Of a stretch of DNA of 61,604 nucleotides, positions 10,094-20,038 are shown in pieces. Source of the stretch: an uncultured archaeon (GTDB lineage Archaea; Asgardarchaeota; Lokiarchaeia; Sigyniarchaeales; SOKP01); contig CAZDTP010000020.1 of assembly GCA_964508365.1 (NCBI GenBank), forward strand, positions 1-61,604, written 5' to 3'. The position numbers and the translations under genes are program-made. The number at the start of each line of letters is the position of its first letter. Position 1 is the stretch's first letter. A model generated the notes under the pieces. That model did no database searches and had not been told where the DNA came from. It saw nothing but the letters and a program-made list of their open reading frames with translations.

Positions 10094-10987
10094 ATGACAG
10101 AAGAAGAAAATGGAAAAGATTTAGAAAAAAAAATAGAAAAAGAAGCATTTTCGAAAAAGGAAGACGATTTAGCAGCATACTTATCAGATATGAAAACTCT
10201 CGAATCCGACTTTTCTGATTTGGAAGACTTAGATTTCGAAGAATTAAAAGAAATGCAAGAAGCAATTGCTAAAGTAAAGGAATTCGAAAAATTAGAGGAT
10301 AACGATAATCTCGAGGAAATTGCTCCTGATCTTCAATCATCTGAACAAGAAGTTTATTTAGCGCAAAAAGAAGCGATGAAAAGCGATTTTTCAGATATCG
10401 AAGAAATTGATTTTGAGGAACTACAAGAAATGCAAAAAGCAATTGAATCTGTAAAACAAGAAGAGATTCAAGAACTTGGATCAGATATAAACCAAATGGC
10501 AAAAAGCGATTTAATTTCTTCAGATTTGGAAGAACGCATCAAAGAAGAACTTTTAGAAAGAAAACAGGAAGCTAAAAAAGAGTTAATCACACCTGAAATT
10601 TTCATTGAGCGCACTAAGGATAAACGCGATAAAATTTGGTATCATGCTTTATATTATTTAATTTATGAAGCAGAAGATAACTTAGCGAGTAAGATATTAT
10701 TATATGAAATGTTGAAGGAAGTTACGAGTAAAAGCCCCATAGATCCTATTCCAGAAAACCAGTTTTATTTTGGATTAGGTTATATTTTAAGATTATCACT
10801 TAATAATAAACAAGTTGTTAAATACATCAAAGGGGGTAAATTTAAAATTAATGTAGGTATAAAAGGAATGAGAGATCTTTTAGAAGAATTAGGTGAACCA
10901 ATAAGCAGACGACCCATTCTTAAAGATGATGAAAAAAAGAAAATGTATAAAGAATTTTTAAACGATGATTTTTTCGACCAGATTTGA
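10094..10987 (+). CDS. Hypothetical protein with an acidic duplicated N-terminal motif and a globular C-terminal domain
   Basis: 297-aa ORF containing the repeat SDFSDLEDLDFEELKEMQEAI / SDFSDIEEIDFEELQEMQKAI. Confidence 0.75.
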   Translation: MTEEENGKDLEKKIEKEAFSKKEDDLAAYLSDMKTLESDFSDLEDLDFEELKEMQEAIAKVKEFEKLEDNDNLEEIAPDLQSSEQEVYLAQKEAMKSDFSDIEEIDFEELQEMQKAIESVKQEEIQELGSDINQMAKSDLISSDLEERIKEELLERKQEAKKELITPEIFIERTKDKRDKIWYHALYYLIYEAEDNLASKILLYEMLKEVTSKSPIDPIPENQFYFGLGYILRLSLNNKQVVKYIKGGKFKINVGIKGMRDLLEELGEPISRRPILKDDEKKKMYKEFLNDDFFDQI

Positions 10988-11107
10988 TGGAATAGAATTG
11001 TAATGTTACAAAAAACTATTTTTGATAAATATAATTATATATAGATCATAATATAATTATATACTTACCATTTAATTTAAAATAACCAATCGAGCTCGTG
11101 TATTGTT

Positions 11108-11869
11108 TTGGATATTGTAGATATTTTGCAAGGTAGTCTTAGCTTACTTTATGTAATAATAACATTTTTTATCGGATTTTCTATTATCTCTAAGTATGGG
11201 AAGATCAAAAATCGTCTATATATTTTCGTAGGAACATTTTGGCTAATGATATCGACCCTTTGGCTTCCAGAGGCAATTTCTTTTCTAATGAGTATATTCC
11301 TGCAGTTAACTCTCGCTACGGAGTGGTTCTTAATTATCGGTAATGTATTCATTCCCGTCGCTGTAATTGCTTGGATTATTGCCTATACAGATATGGTCAA
11401 TAAGAATAAACAGAAATTAGCTTTAATCTTAATAATAATCTTTAGCATAATCTTTGAGGTTCTCTTCTTCTACTACTTCTTCATGGATATTAATTTAATT
11501 GGTGTAATCGATCCATTAAGACCTTTTAGCCCTGATTTTGGATATTTCCTATCGGTACTAATATTAATCTCGATTTTAGTAATATTTTTTTCAGGTCTAA
11601 AATTCGCTCGAACATCACTAAATTCTGAAAATGAAGAAGTGAGAATGAAAGGTAAACTCCTCCAAGTAGCGTTTATTACTTTTACTATCGCTGTTTTATT
11701 GGAGAAAACAGTTAGATCAATTCTTTTTGGTCTTGTCTTTACAGATCCGACTATCCCGATATTATTCATAATGGTAGTGGTTGTTCGATTACTCTTAATT
11801 ACTAGCACATTTGCGTTTTACGGTGGTTTTCTCCTACCAGACTGGATGAAAACAATCTTTAAAAAGTAA
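11108..11869 (+). CDS. Multi-pass membrane protein (about 7 TM), function unknown
   Basis: 253 aa with about seven hydrophobic segments; TTG start. Confidence 0.75.
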   Translation: MDIVDILQGSLSLLYVIITFFIGFSIISKYGKIKNRLYIFVGTFWLMISTLWLPEAISFLMSIFLQLTLATEWFLIIGNVFIPVAVIAWIIAYTDMVNKNKQKLALILIIIFSIIFEVLFFYYFFMDINLIGVIDPLRPFSPDFGYFLSVLILISILVIFFSGLKFARTSLNSENEEVRMKGKLLQVAFITFTIAVLLEKTVRSILFGLVFTDPTIPILFIMVVVVRLLLITSTFAFYGGFLLPDWMKTIFKK

Positions 11870-12001
11870 TTTTTTTTTATATTTCATATTTTTTTTCACT
11901 TAAAACACAAATTTAATTCTTTAGAAAGATAGGTTAATGTGTAAAAAAAATAAATACTAAAAAGTTATCTTTCTAATTTTAGGATATAAATAATTAATAC
12001 C

Positions 12002-12628
12002 ATGAAGGATAAACCCTCTTTATTAATAATTGGTAACTCAAATGTTGGTAAAAGTTCAATTACAAGACTTTTACATCCTAACCCTAGTAAGTTTAAAGGA
12101 AAAAGTGGTAAAAAACCAGGAAGCACTTTATTGATAAAAACAATTAATATCCCTCAAATGCCATATAATATTGTAGATTTGCCGGGTTTTGGCTACATGA
12201 AGAGTTCAAGCCGTCGAAGAGAGGAACACTTGAAAAAGCAGTTAATTATCCACATCGAAAAACATCATAGGGAATACATCTTAGGTTTGGTGGTTATAAA
12301 CATTACCAGAATTGAGGATGAATTAAATAAATATTTTGTTCAAAATACAAAAACAATACCCTTAAGTTTTGAGTTAATTAATTTTTTAAGAGAAAGTGAA
12401 ATCTCCATAATCGTAATTATCAACAAAATTGACAAAGTCTCAAATTTCGATAAAAATAAAATTATCTCTTTTTTTATAGAATCTGCTAAAGAATATGGAA
12501 TTAATATTGTCTTATTTGATAACTATAATCCTCAAAATGAAACAGAAATTCCATTTTTAGAATTTTCTGCTTTAAAGAAAACAAATGAAGGAAAATTGAA
12601 ACAGATCATACAGAAATATTTAAAATAG
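12002..12628 (+). CDS. engB: EngB/YihA-family GTP-binding protein
   Basis: Motifs GNSNVGKSS, PGST, DLPGFGY and NKID. Confidence 0.85.
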   Translation: MKDKPSLLIIGNSNVGKSSITRLLHPNPSKFKGKSGKKPGSTLLIKTINIPQMPYNIVDLPGFGYMKSSSRRREEHLKKQLIIHIEKHHREYILGLVVINITRIEDELNKYFVQNTKTIPLSFELINFLRESEISIIVIINKIDKVSNFDKNKIISFFIESAKEYGINIVLFDNYNPQNETEIPFLEFSALKKTNEGKLKQIIQKYLK

Positions 12629-12636
12629 TAAAGAGT

Positions 12637-12770
12637 TAGATAATTCCCCATAATTTTACTTCTTTCTTGTATTTGTCATATACTCATCACCAAATTTTTC
12701 AAGATTCACCTTATCTTCCCAAATTGAACTTAAAAAACAAAGTAAAAACATTGAAATCTCGTAATTAGAG
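12637..12770 (-). pseudogene. Frameshifted C-terminal remnant of an ICMT/PEMT-family methyltransferase paralog
   Basis: The minus strand reads ...SSIWEDKVNLEKFGDEY, then after a 2-nt slip DKYKKEVKLWGII*. This parallels EDKNLIERFGEEYKRYKEEV in the adjacent gene at 12861-13397. Confidence 0.6.
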
Positions 12771-12860
12771 TGCGTTTTAATCGTTTCTATGATCTGGTGA
12801 ATGAAAAAAATCATTATGCAATTTTATTTTATTAAAGATATAAAAAATGCCATATATTTA

Positions 12861-13397
12861 TCAATCCTCCTTATCTTGAGAATAAAATTTTATGATACCT
12901 AGTATTGGATTAAGGCGAGGCACTTCTTCTTTATATCTTTTATATTCTTCACCAAATCTTTCAATAAGGTTTTTATCCTCTGAGTAGGTCCATTGATAAG
13001 TAAAAATTATAATAAGGATGCTAAGAATTAGGCTTGGCCACACCTGGGTCCATAAAGTGATACCAATAGTGAATAATATTCCTCCTAGATATTGAGGATG
13101 GCGAATTATTGCATATGGACCATTTTTTACTAACTTGGTAGTATGCATATAACTTTTTCCTTTCTCAACACTCCCTCGTTTCTTGAAAGTTCGAAAAGAA
13201 ATCAAGCCAAAATAGATGCTAAATACCCAAAATATATCTCCAATATAAACCAAAAGTGTAAGTCCTAACTCGTTGTGGATAATAAACATCATGACAATTT
13301 GAATAAGAAAAGCTATAGTGAAGATTGTGGTTAAAAAGATATCTACCAAACTGTACTTATGATTATTTTTTGTATCGATTGCTTTATTTTTTAACAT
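12861..13397 (-). CDS. Isoprenylcysteine carboxyl methyltransferase / PEMT-like membrane methyltransferase
   Basis: Motifs LVKNGPYAIIRHPQY and ED..L..RFGEEY..Y...V, plus TM helices. Confidence 0.88.
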   Translation of the reverse strand: MLKNKAIDTKNNHKYSLVDIFLTTIFTIAFLIQIVMMFIIHNELGLTLLVYIGDIFWVFSIYFGLISFRTFKKRGSVEKGKSYMHTTKLVKNGPYAIIRHPQYLGGILFTIGITLWTQVWPSLILSILIIIFTYQWTYSEDKNLIERFGEEYKRYKEEVPRLNPILGIIKFYSQDKED

Positions 13398-13535
13398 CTT
13401 TCAAACATCATCTAAAATTTTAAATATTTTTATTTGTTTTAAATAATTAAGATTGAATATTTAAATCTAATTATTCAAATTTGACTAATACAAATAATTT
13501 AAATCTAAATGAATACAGGGATTTAAAGAGAAATT

Positions 13536-14192
13536 ATGCCAAAAAAAAGATATACTCCATTAAAAACCTTCATTTTGGGGGTAATGAATCAAATTCCTAA
13601 ACCTCTGAGCGGTTATGAACTCATTGCTTATGCAAATGAATGGCATTATGATCATTATATTGATGCTACAAATGCTTCATTTTATTATATATTAAAACAG
13701 CTTAAGGCAGAAAGCTTCATTAAGGAAAGCGGCACTAAACAAGAAGGTAATCGTCCCGAAAAAAAAATATATCGTTTGACGAATAAAGGCAGAAAAGAAT
13801 TTCAAGAACAGATAAAATTCTTTTTAACTAAGACTCAAGATATTTACTTTGACATTGACTCAACAATGCCTTTTATTACGCTTTTTGGCTCTTCCATAGG
13901 AAAGGAATTTATATTAGACTCAATAAGCAAACAAATCGAAAAACTTAAATCAATGTCTAAACATGTCACTACGGGTGAGATAATAATAACTTCTCATTTT
14001 TCATTTGAGTTTAGTCCCTTTAATCTTTTACCTTTAAAACACTGGAAACTTCATAGTGAGGCTGAAATAAAATGGCTTGAAATTTTTAAAAAAATGGTTG
14101 AGTCTATTGATGATTTCAAAGAGATTTTTCAAAAATATGTAAAAAAATCCTTAGAAATAAGTTTAGAAGAAGAGAAAAGTGGAAAAAAATAA
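13536..14192 (+). CDS. PadR-family transcriptional regulator
   Basis: SGYEL...FYYILKQLKAESFI...EGNRPEKKIYRLTNKGR winged helix; divergent from the methyltransferase gene. Confidence 0.88.
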   Translation: MPKKRYTPLKTFILGVMNQIPKPLSGYELIAYANEWHYDHYIDATNASFYYILKQLKAESFIKESGTKQEGNRPEKKIYRLTNKGRKEFQEQIKFFLTKTQDIYFDIDSTMPFITLFGSSIGKEFILDSISKQIEKLKSMSKHVTTGEIIITSHFSFEFSPFNLLPLKHWKLHSEAEIKWLEIFKKMVESIDDFKEIFQKYVKKSLEISLEEEKSGKK

Positions 14193-14357
14193 GAAATAAA
14201 TAATTAGTGTTTTTTAATTTTTGAAAAAAAAGCCTTGGATTTGGAACCTAGATTATCCTAAGGTCGTTTTTAGTTGTACTATTATTAGTGTCACTTCTCT
14301 TATTCCCGATATTGTAATAACAGGTACAATATGGGTAAGCTTTTTGATAAGTTAGCT

Positions 14358-15647
14358 TTAAGGGTTTTTAATTATCGGATCTTTATTTTTATCCCAATTT
14401 ATCGCAAATAAGAAATCTCTACTTGCCTTATTTTTATAAATTAAAGGAAAATTACTTTTTTCCTCGAATTTTATTGCTAAATCTTCTAAATATTCGTAAG
14501 TCGGAAAGTAATACTGCATAGATTTTTCGCTATTTAATCTCTTACTTATATTTAGCGCTCGTGCTTGAAGGGTAAAACCCTTTATTTCAAAAAAATTGGG
14601 TTTAGCTTTATCGATTATCCTGATATAATCATCCAAGTAATTCTCCATCAAATTTAAATTTTTTACAGAAGTTAACCTTACTACCGTTCTGCAGGAGAGA
14701 GAATTGATTAAATCTAGGCTCTGTGTTATTTTTTCCCAGCCATTTTTAATCATTGGACGACAAACTTTTTTATATATCTCCTTATTTGGAGCCGGTAACG
14801 TAATATAGAGTTGTGAGGGCAATGAACTTAAAGCTTCAATCCTTTCGGGTAAGGTTCCGTTAGTTACAATAAACGAAGTCATACTTCTATTACGGAATTC
14901 TTTAACTAACTCCCCTAAATTTGGGTATAAGAATGGTTCGCCATCTAGAGAAATAGCAGCGTGATTAGGTTTCAATGCTTCACTATGAGCTTGCATGATT
15001 TCATCGGGTGTGGTTAATGATATATTGATTAACCTCGCGATTTCTTCCCTAGATTCTATACAGCATGATATTTCATCATCTAACTTATAATTTTTTAACG
15101 AATCATCTAAGGTTTGAATAAATTCTTGATTTTTTAAAAGATTGATAGCTCTTCCAACTTTGTTCTTACTAACATGAAGGCTCTTGGAAAGAGAATTTAC
15201 ACTATGTTGTTCTCTATTTTTTAACATATAATAAAGTATATCTACCATAATCTCATAATTTTCAAGATACCGTCTTAGGGGTAAATGGTTTCTAATAATA
15301 TCTTGATGGTGGCGTATCATTTCATCAACGAGTTCCTTGGGTTCATCTGGTTCGACAATAAAATCTCTACTTAAATTTCCTAATTCATTATCTCTCCAGC
15401 AAAAAACACATTGCTGATTACAAAAAGGCAAAGCAGGAGTATTCTGTAAGCATCGATGACTTTCAATACCAAAAATGCCCTTATAACAATTTCTATTATT
15501 TCTACCTGTCATCAGTTTTTGTTCTAACCAATGACAAGGTTTAATAGCAGTGTGTTTATTTTTTCCTATAATGCGATAGGTTGTTTTTGAATATGCTTCA
15601 ACAAACTCATTAGTAATCTTATTGTCAATAATATATGGATTCGTCAT
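14358..15647 (-). CDS. taw1: 4-demethylwyosine synthase Taw1/TYW1 (radical SAM) with an internal winged-helix insertion
   Basis: Motifs HTAIKPCHW, CYK..FGIESHRC, CNQQCVFCWR, HAAISLDGEP and FIVTNGT. Confidence 0.9.
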   Translation of the reverse strand: MTNPYIIDNKITNEFVEAYSKTTYRIIGKNKHTAIKPCHWLEQKLMTGRNNRNCYKGIFGIESHRCLQNTPALPFCNQQCVFCWRDNELGNLSRDFIVEPDEPKELVDEMIRHHQDIIRNHLPLRRYLENYEIMVDILYYMLKNREQHSVNSLSKSLHVSKNKVGRAINLLKNQEFIQTLDDSLKNYKLDDEISCCIESREEIARLINISLTTPDEIMQAHSEALKPNHAAISLDGEPFLYPNLGELVKEFRNRSMTSFIVTNGTLPERIEALSSLPSQLYITLPAPNKEIYKKVCRPMIKNGWEKITQSLDLINSLSCRTVVRLTSVKNLNLMENYLDDYIRIIDKAKPNFFEIKGFTLQARALNISKRLNSEKSMQYYFPTYEYLEDLAIKFEEKSNFPLIYKNKASRDFLFAINWDKNKDPIIKNP

Positions 15648-15815
15648 TCTCCAATACCATATTTTTGTTCTTAACTTAGTAGATTATAACTATAGGTTAA
15701 TGTATCTAATTTAGATATTAAAAATTATTATTTAGAATTATAAGTACTTAAGTAATTAGGAACAAACTTATAAAATATAATTATGATTTTTGAAAAATTT
15801 CTAATAGTGTAAAAA

Positions 15816-16691
15816 ATGTTAAATAAAATTAAAAGTCAGATGCTAAATTTAGGACTGAAGTTCATAAGCGTGGATGATAAAATTGTAAGAATGATCTTGG
15901 AAACAAGCTCTTCAAACATTAACGAAATCGTGTTAATGCCCGCTGTTAAAATTGTTATGAAAAAGTTAATTAATCAACTTCAAAATAAAATCGTTCATGG
16001 TAGAGTTTATAACGGGATATTAAATGGAATAAAAGTAAGTATTATCCGGTCTCAAGTAGGATGTCCTAACGCAGCGTTCGTGTTAGAAAGCTTAAAAAGG
16101 TCAAAAGCGAAAATTGTTGTACGAGTGGACTTCTGTGGAGGACTTAATTATGAAAAAGATGAAATTAGGGTAGGTGATATCGTGATACCAAAAACTGCTT
16201 ATTGTGGCGATGGAACAAGTTCTGAATACATCAGAGCTAATCAAACTCTATTGAATCGATTAGAATCAATAACCAATCCACTTTCGGCAACCCTAAATCT
16301 CATCGCTAGTCCACAAATTATTTTTATATCTAAACCTAACGAAATTTTAAAAGAAATTCTTATTAGGGAAGCTCGTTCTCTTTACCCAAGTAAAGTAAGA
16401 GAATCGCATCTTTGGACTACAGATGCGTTATTTTGTGAAACATATGAATTTGTACGTGCTCTAAATTCAATCAATATTAGAGCAATCGACATGGAATCCT
16501 CAATTTTATTTTTATTGGGACAACTTTACAATCTAAAGGTTGCATCTATACTTTCCGTTTCGGATTTACCTGGAGATCCGCATTACGATCTCCTTAAATC
16601 AAACGAAATTCATCCCGATATGGATGTTGGTATTAGTAATGCAATCAAAATTCTAATAAATGCTCTCCCAAAAATACAACATTCTCTATGA
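15816..16691 (+). CDS. Nucleoside phosphorylase family (PNP/UDP) protein
   Basis: Motifs VGCPNAA, RVDFCGG, WTTDALFCET, AIDMESS and SVSD. Confidence 0.8.
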   Translation: MLNKIKSQMLNLGLKFISVDDKIVRMILETSSSNINEIVLMPAVKIVMKKLINQLQNKIVHGRVYNGILNGIKVSIIRSQVGCPNAAFVLESLKRSKAKIVVRVDFCGGLNYEKDEIRVGDIVIPKTAYCGDGTSSEYIRANQTLLNRLESITNPLSATLNLIASPQIIFISKPNEILKEILIREARSLYPSKVRESHLWTTDALFCETYEFVRALNSINIRAIDMESSILFLLGQLYNLKVASILSVSDLPGDPHYDLLKSNEIHPDMDVGISNAIKILINALPKIQHSL

Positions 16692-16702
16692 ACAAAGGAT
16701 TA

Positions 16703-17605
16703 TTATAAGCCGTTTAGTAATTTAGAGAAATCGGGTTCGTCAAAAAATTTGTTAAACTTTTTTAGTAGCTCAATATTTACCACATGTATTTTTTGATTTT
16801 TTTGCGTCGTAACTGATTTCACTAAATCTAAATCTTTCAGTTTTTTCATGTGATATTGAATCGTGCCTGTGTAAACTTCGAGGATTTCTCCAATTTTAGA
16901 AATAGCAATTCCTTCTTCCTTAAAAATTTCCTCAATTATTTTTAGAGTTAAAGGATTTATAAAAATTACTTTAAATTTATCATACTCTTCGGGAATTTCA
17001 GCTAAAAAATAATGTAAAGATTTTCCAATTTTTTTCGACCTTATGAGTTTGAAACGCTCTAAAGTCATAATATGTTTTAAAAAGGGTGTTCTCGTTATTC
17101 CCAATTCTTCTTCGATTTTCTCATCTCTAGCATGAATTCCGGGATTCTCTTCTATAAATTCCAAAATTTTTGCGAGTTTTTCGTTATTTAAAATTTCTAA
17201 CTTTGTTCTTCTTTCATTTGTTACTATCCAACTTTTATCTTCTAAACTTCTTATTGCTAAAAATATGTCTTCCTTACTATAACCTTTCTTATACGCTAGT
17301 TTTGCTATACTTTTTGCGTATAATTTCTCAATAATAGGAAATTTCTGCAACTCCGCTTCAGAAGATACTTCGATCTCAAAATCAGCATCATACCTTTTTA
17401 ATTTTAAAATATCTTTTGCGATATTCAAAACATCAACCTCAATCTCAGTGAGATCTTCGATTAATGGTTCAGTTTCTATTTGTAATTCTTTTATTTCTGC
17501 TTTAATGTCTTGCAGAGGAGTAAAATCTTTGCGCCTAAATGAACTTACCTCTAATTCTTTTTCCATTTGTTTTTCTTTAGGCTCTCTTCTTTTTTCTAAC
17601 GACAT
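16703..17605 (-). CDS. Transcriptional regulator with tandem winged-helix domains
   Basis: Two wHTH units: ILEFIEENPGIH...KHIMTLERFKLI and ISKIGEILEVYTGTIQYHMKKL. Confidence 0.75.
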   Translation of the reverse strand: MSLEKRREPKEKQMEKELEVSSFRRKDFTPLQDIKAEIKELQIETEPLIEDLTEIEVDVLNIAKDILKLKRYDADFEIEVSSEAELQKFPIIEKLYAKSIAKLAYKKGYSKEDIFLAIRSLEDKSWIVTNERRTKLEILNNEKLAKILEFIEENPGIHARDEKIEEELGITRTPFLKHIMTLERFKLIRSKKIGKSLHYFLAEIPEEYDKFKVIFINPLTLKIIEEIFKEEGIAISKIGEILEVYTGTIQYHMKKLKDLDLVKSVTTQKNQKIHVVNIELLKKFNKFFDEPDFSKLLNGL

Positions 17606-17630
17606 TACTCAATGAATTTACGGTTAAGTT

Positions 17631-19202
17631 TTAGGCATTCTTCTCTAAAAATAGTATAAATTCTAACTGTTGGTCACTATCCATATATTTCAGTTCTTTT
17701 ACTAATTTATCATAATATTCGGGCTTAAGGTTTGGAAGTTTGCGAATTCGTTCTATTAATTTAAAAGGAAATTCCTGATATAATCCCTTTAACGCTTCTA
17801 GATACTTTAATTGTTCTTCCTCGGCTAAAAAGGCCAATTCTTTTAGAATTTCTTTACGCTCCTTTTTAGGGATATTAAGCTCTAATATTTGCTTTCTCAA
17901 ATCTTTAGAGATTATATTAAATATTTTGGAGAAATATTCTTTAACTATTTTCTTATCCTTCTCATTTTTAACGGGTAATAGAGATTCGTGAAGTCTCAAT
18001 ACAGAGGCTTCCTCTTCTTTCTCTTCTGTTTTTTCAATTTCAAGTATTTCAATCTCAGCTTCTTCTTTTATTTCAGTGATAGAAGTGACATCCTCTGGGA
18101 TTTCTTTTATAGGTTCCTTCTCAGGCTTTACTTCAAGATTTTCCTGTTCTTGGGGAATAATCTCATCTTCGATTTTTTGAAGCTTCTCTTCTTTTTCTAG
18201 AGAATCTTTTTCTTCTATAGGTTGTACTTTATGAGAGGGCTCGCTATTTGGTTGAAATTCTCTCATTTCTTTCTTGATAACGATATCTATAGGTTTCCCT
18301 ATGAATAAAAGAAGTAATATCAGCGATTTTATTAAGATGAATATACCAATGCTAAGAAATGCTGTGGATATTGTTCCCAATACAAATATTCCGATTACAT
18401 CAGCTCCTGAAAACTCATTCTTTTTGTGAGTTTTTTCCCTTAAAGCTAAATCTATGATTAAAATGATAAAAGGTATTACAATAAAAATTAAATCCAGTGA
18501 AAACAAAAACAGATTACTGAAAATATCTGATAATAAACCACCAACAATCAATTCATTTAAAACTAATAAAATGATTACAAATCCCGCTTTCGCTGAGAAA
18601 TTATTTATCGAGTTTTTTAGCTTGAGACCATAATTGTAAGTTTTATGATCTTCTCCTTCGTGATAAACTATCGAATGAATTAGAATCAAAACTCCTTTAA
18701 TTAATAAAATAACACCAGCCCCGTAAAAAATACTACCTAATATACCATAACAAAATGCGTCCAAGGCAATTTCATCGTAATTTTTTGACTGAACTCTTGG
18801 AGATATGTATCTTAGGTCGTAAATTAGTATTAATACACCGCATAAAGCTAGTAAGTAAGAATTAATTACACTAATAATACCCCCAGAATAGGCAAAGTAA
18901 AAAAAGCTCAAAACTAATATAATAATCGCATAAAGAATTATAGGAATGTAATCAAATTTGTTCAAATATTCTATTGCCTTTTCTAAATTATTTTTATCCT
19001 TATCACTTACCCCATATTTTGGATATGGGCGAATTTCATTTCTTTGTTGTCTCGTAGGAGGTTGTTTAAAGTTAACTCCAGATAATGAAAAAGGTGTTCC
19101 ACACATTTCGCAATAAACTTGAATTTTATTATCGATTAGTTTAGATAATTCTTTTGGGAATACATAACGACAACTACGACAAATATACAGTTTATCCGAC
19201 AT
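17631..19202 (-). CDS. Membrane protein: N-terminal zinc ribbon, duplicated TM module, acidic linker and helical C-terminal domain
   Basis: CRSC...CEMC at the N-terminus, two similar hydrophobic blocks and a Glu-rich linker. Confidence 0.75.
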   Translation of the reverse strand: MSDKLYICRSCRYVFPKELSKLIDNKIQVYCEMCGTPFSLSGVNFKQPPTRQQRNEIRPYPKYGVSDKDKNNLEKAIEYLNKFDYIPIILYAIIILVLSFFYFAYSGGIISVINSYLLALCGVLILIYDLRYISPRVQSKNYDEIALDAFCYGILGSIFYGAGVILLIKGVLILIHSIVYHEGEDHKTYNYGLKLKNSINNFSAKAGFVIILLVLNELIVGGLLSDIFSNLFLFSLDLIFIVIPFIILIIDLALREKTHKKNEFSGADVIGIFVLGTISTAFLSIGIFILIKSLILLLLFIGKPIDIVIKKEMREFQPNSEPSHKVQPIEEKDSLEKEEKLQKIEDEIIPQEQENLEVKPEKEPIKEIPEDVTSITEIKEEAEIEILEIEKTEEKEEEASVLRLHESLLPVKNEKDKKIVKEYFSKIFNIISKDLRKQILELNIPKKERKEILKELAFLAEEEQLKYLEALKGLYQEFPFKLIERIRKLPNLKPEYYDKLVKELKYMDSDQQLEFILFLEKNA

Positions 19203-19511
19203 TAAAGCCTCACACTTATATATTAATTATCTTATTTAATTTTTTTAATTTGTGATTACTAGTTTTTTATAGTAGATTTATGTAGAATAAAATTTTCTAC
19301 GAGAATTGATTTGCTTAAAATGATTTTAAAATGTAACCTACTAAAACTCATCATTTCTCCTACAACTACAAATCTTAGCGTGAATTTTTTTTGAAATATA
19401 AATAGTTGAATAAAAGAATGAGAAATGAGAATATAAAAAAAATGGGGTCCAATTTTTCCCAAAGAATAAAAATTTAATAATTTCACCAAATTTGCATAAT
19501 CGGACTAAAGC

Positions 19512-20012
19512 CTAAGTAATGAGTTTGCTCCAATTTAAGGTTGTTATAGTTTTATTTAGGTCGTGATCATCTTCAGTCGTATTAAATTCAAGTTTAGTGA
19601 ATAACTGGTAGGCTTGTTCACGAGATGCTTTGTATTGAGCTATTTCATCATGTTTTCCATGAAAAATTATAGTAGGGATATCTAACGGTAAGATATTATC
19701 TATTTGCAGCATAAGAGTTCCTAAAAAAGGAGCCAATAATATTAATCGCTCGATTTTTTCAGGATTTCGAAGGGCATAAAGCGTGGCCATTAATCCTCCG
19801 AAACTTGAACCTATAATTGTCCATGAATTCTTCTTTTTAAGAATTAAATCCAATTGTCCCATTCTCGCTTTAAGGAGAGAATAGAGCGTTAACTTCCTTT
19901 CAAATTTTTTAAAATTAGGGGTAAGAATCTCTGGTATTACACTCTTCAGATAGGTACCTTTAAAACCATTACCTGAGCTTTCAAGACCGTGGATAAAAAT
20001 AATATTTTTCAT
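19512..20012 (-). CDS. YqiA/YcfP-like alpha/beta hydrolase (esterase)
   Basis: Motifs FIHGLES, nucleophile elbow GSSFGG, HGKHDE and DDH. Confidence 0.85.
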   Translation of the reverse strand: MKNIIFIHGLESSGNGFKGTYLKSVIPEILTPNFKKFERKLTLYSLLKARMGQLDLILKKKNSWTIIGSSFGGLMATLYALRNPEKIERLILLAPFLGTLMLQIDNILPLDIPTIIFHGKHDEIAQYKASREQAYQLFTKLEFNTTEDDHDLNKTITTLNWSKLIT

Positions 20013-20038
20013 TGTTGATGATTCTAAGGAATCCTTTA

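Noticed and set aside
15000-15290. Intein in Taw1
   Set aside because: No Cys/Ser start or His-Asn end, and no LAGLIDADG motifs; the insert reads as a wHTH.
19259-19489. 76-aa ORF in an intergenic gap
   Set aside because: AT-rich, low-complexity translation with no motif or clear SD.
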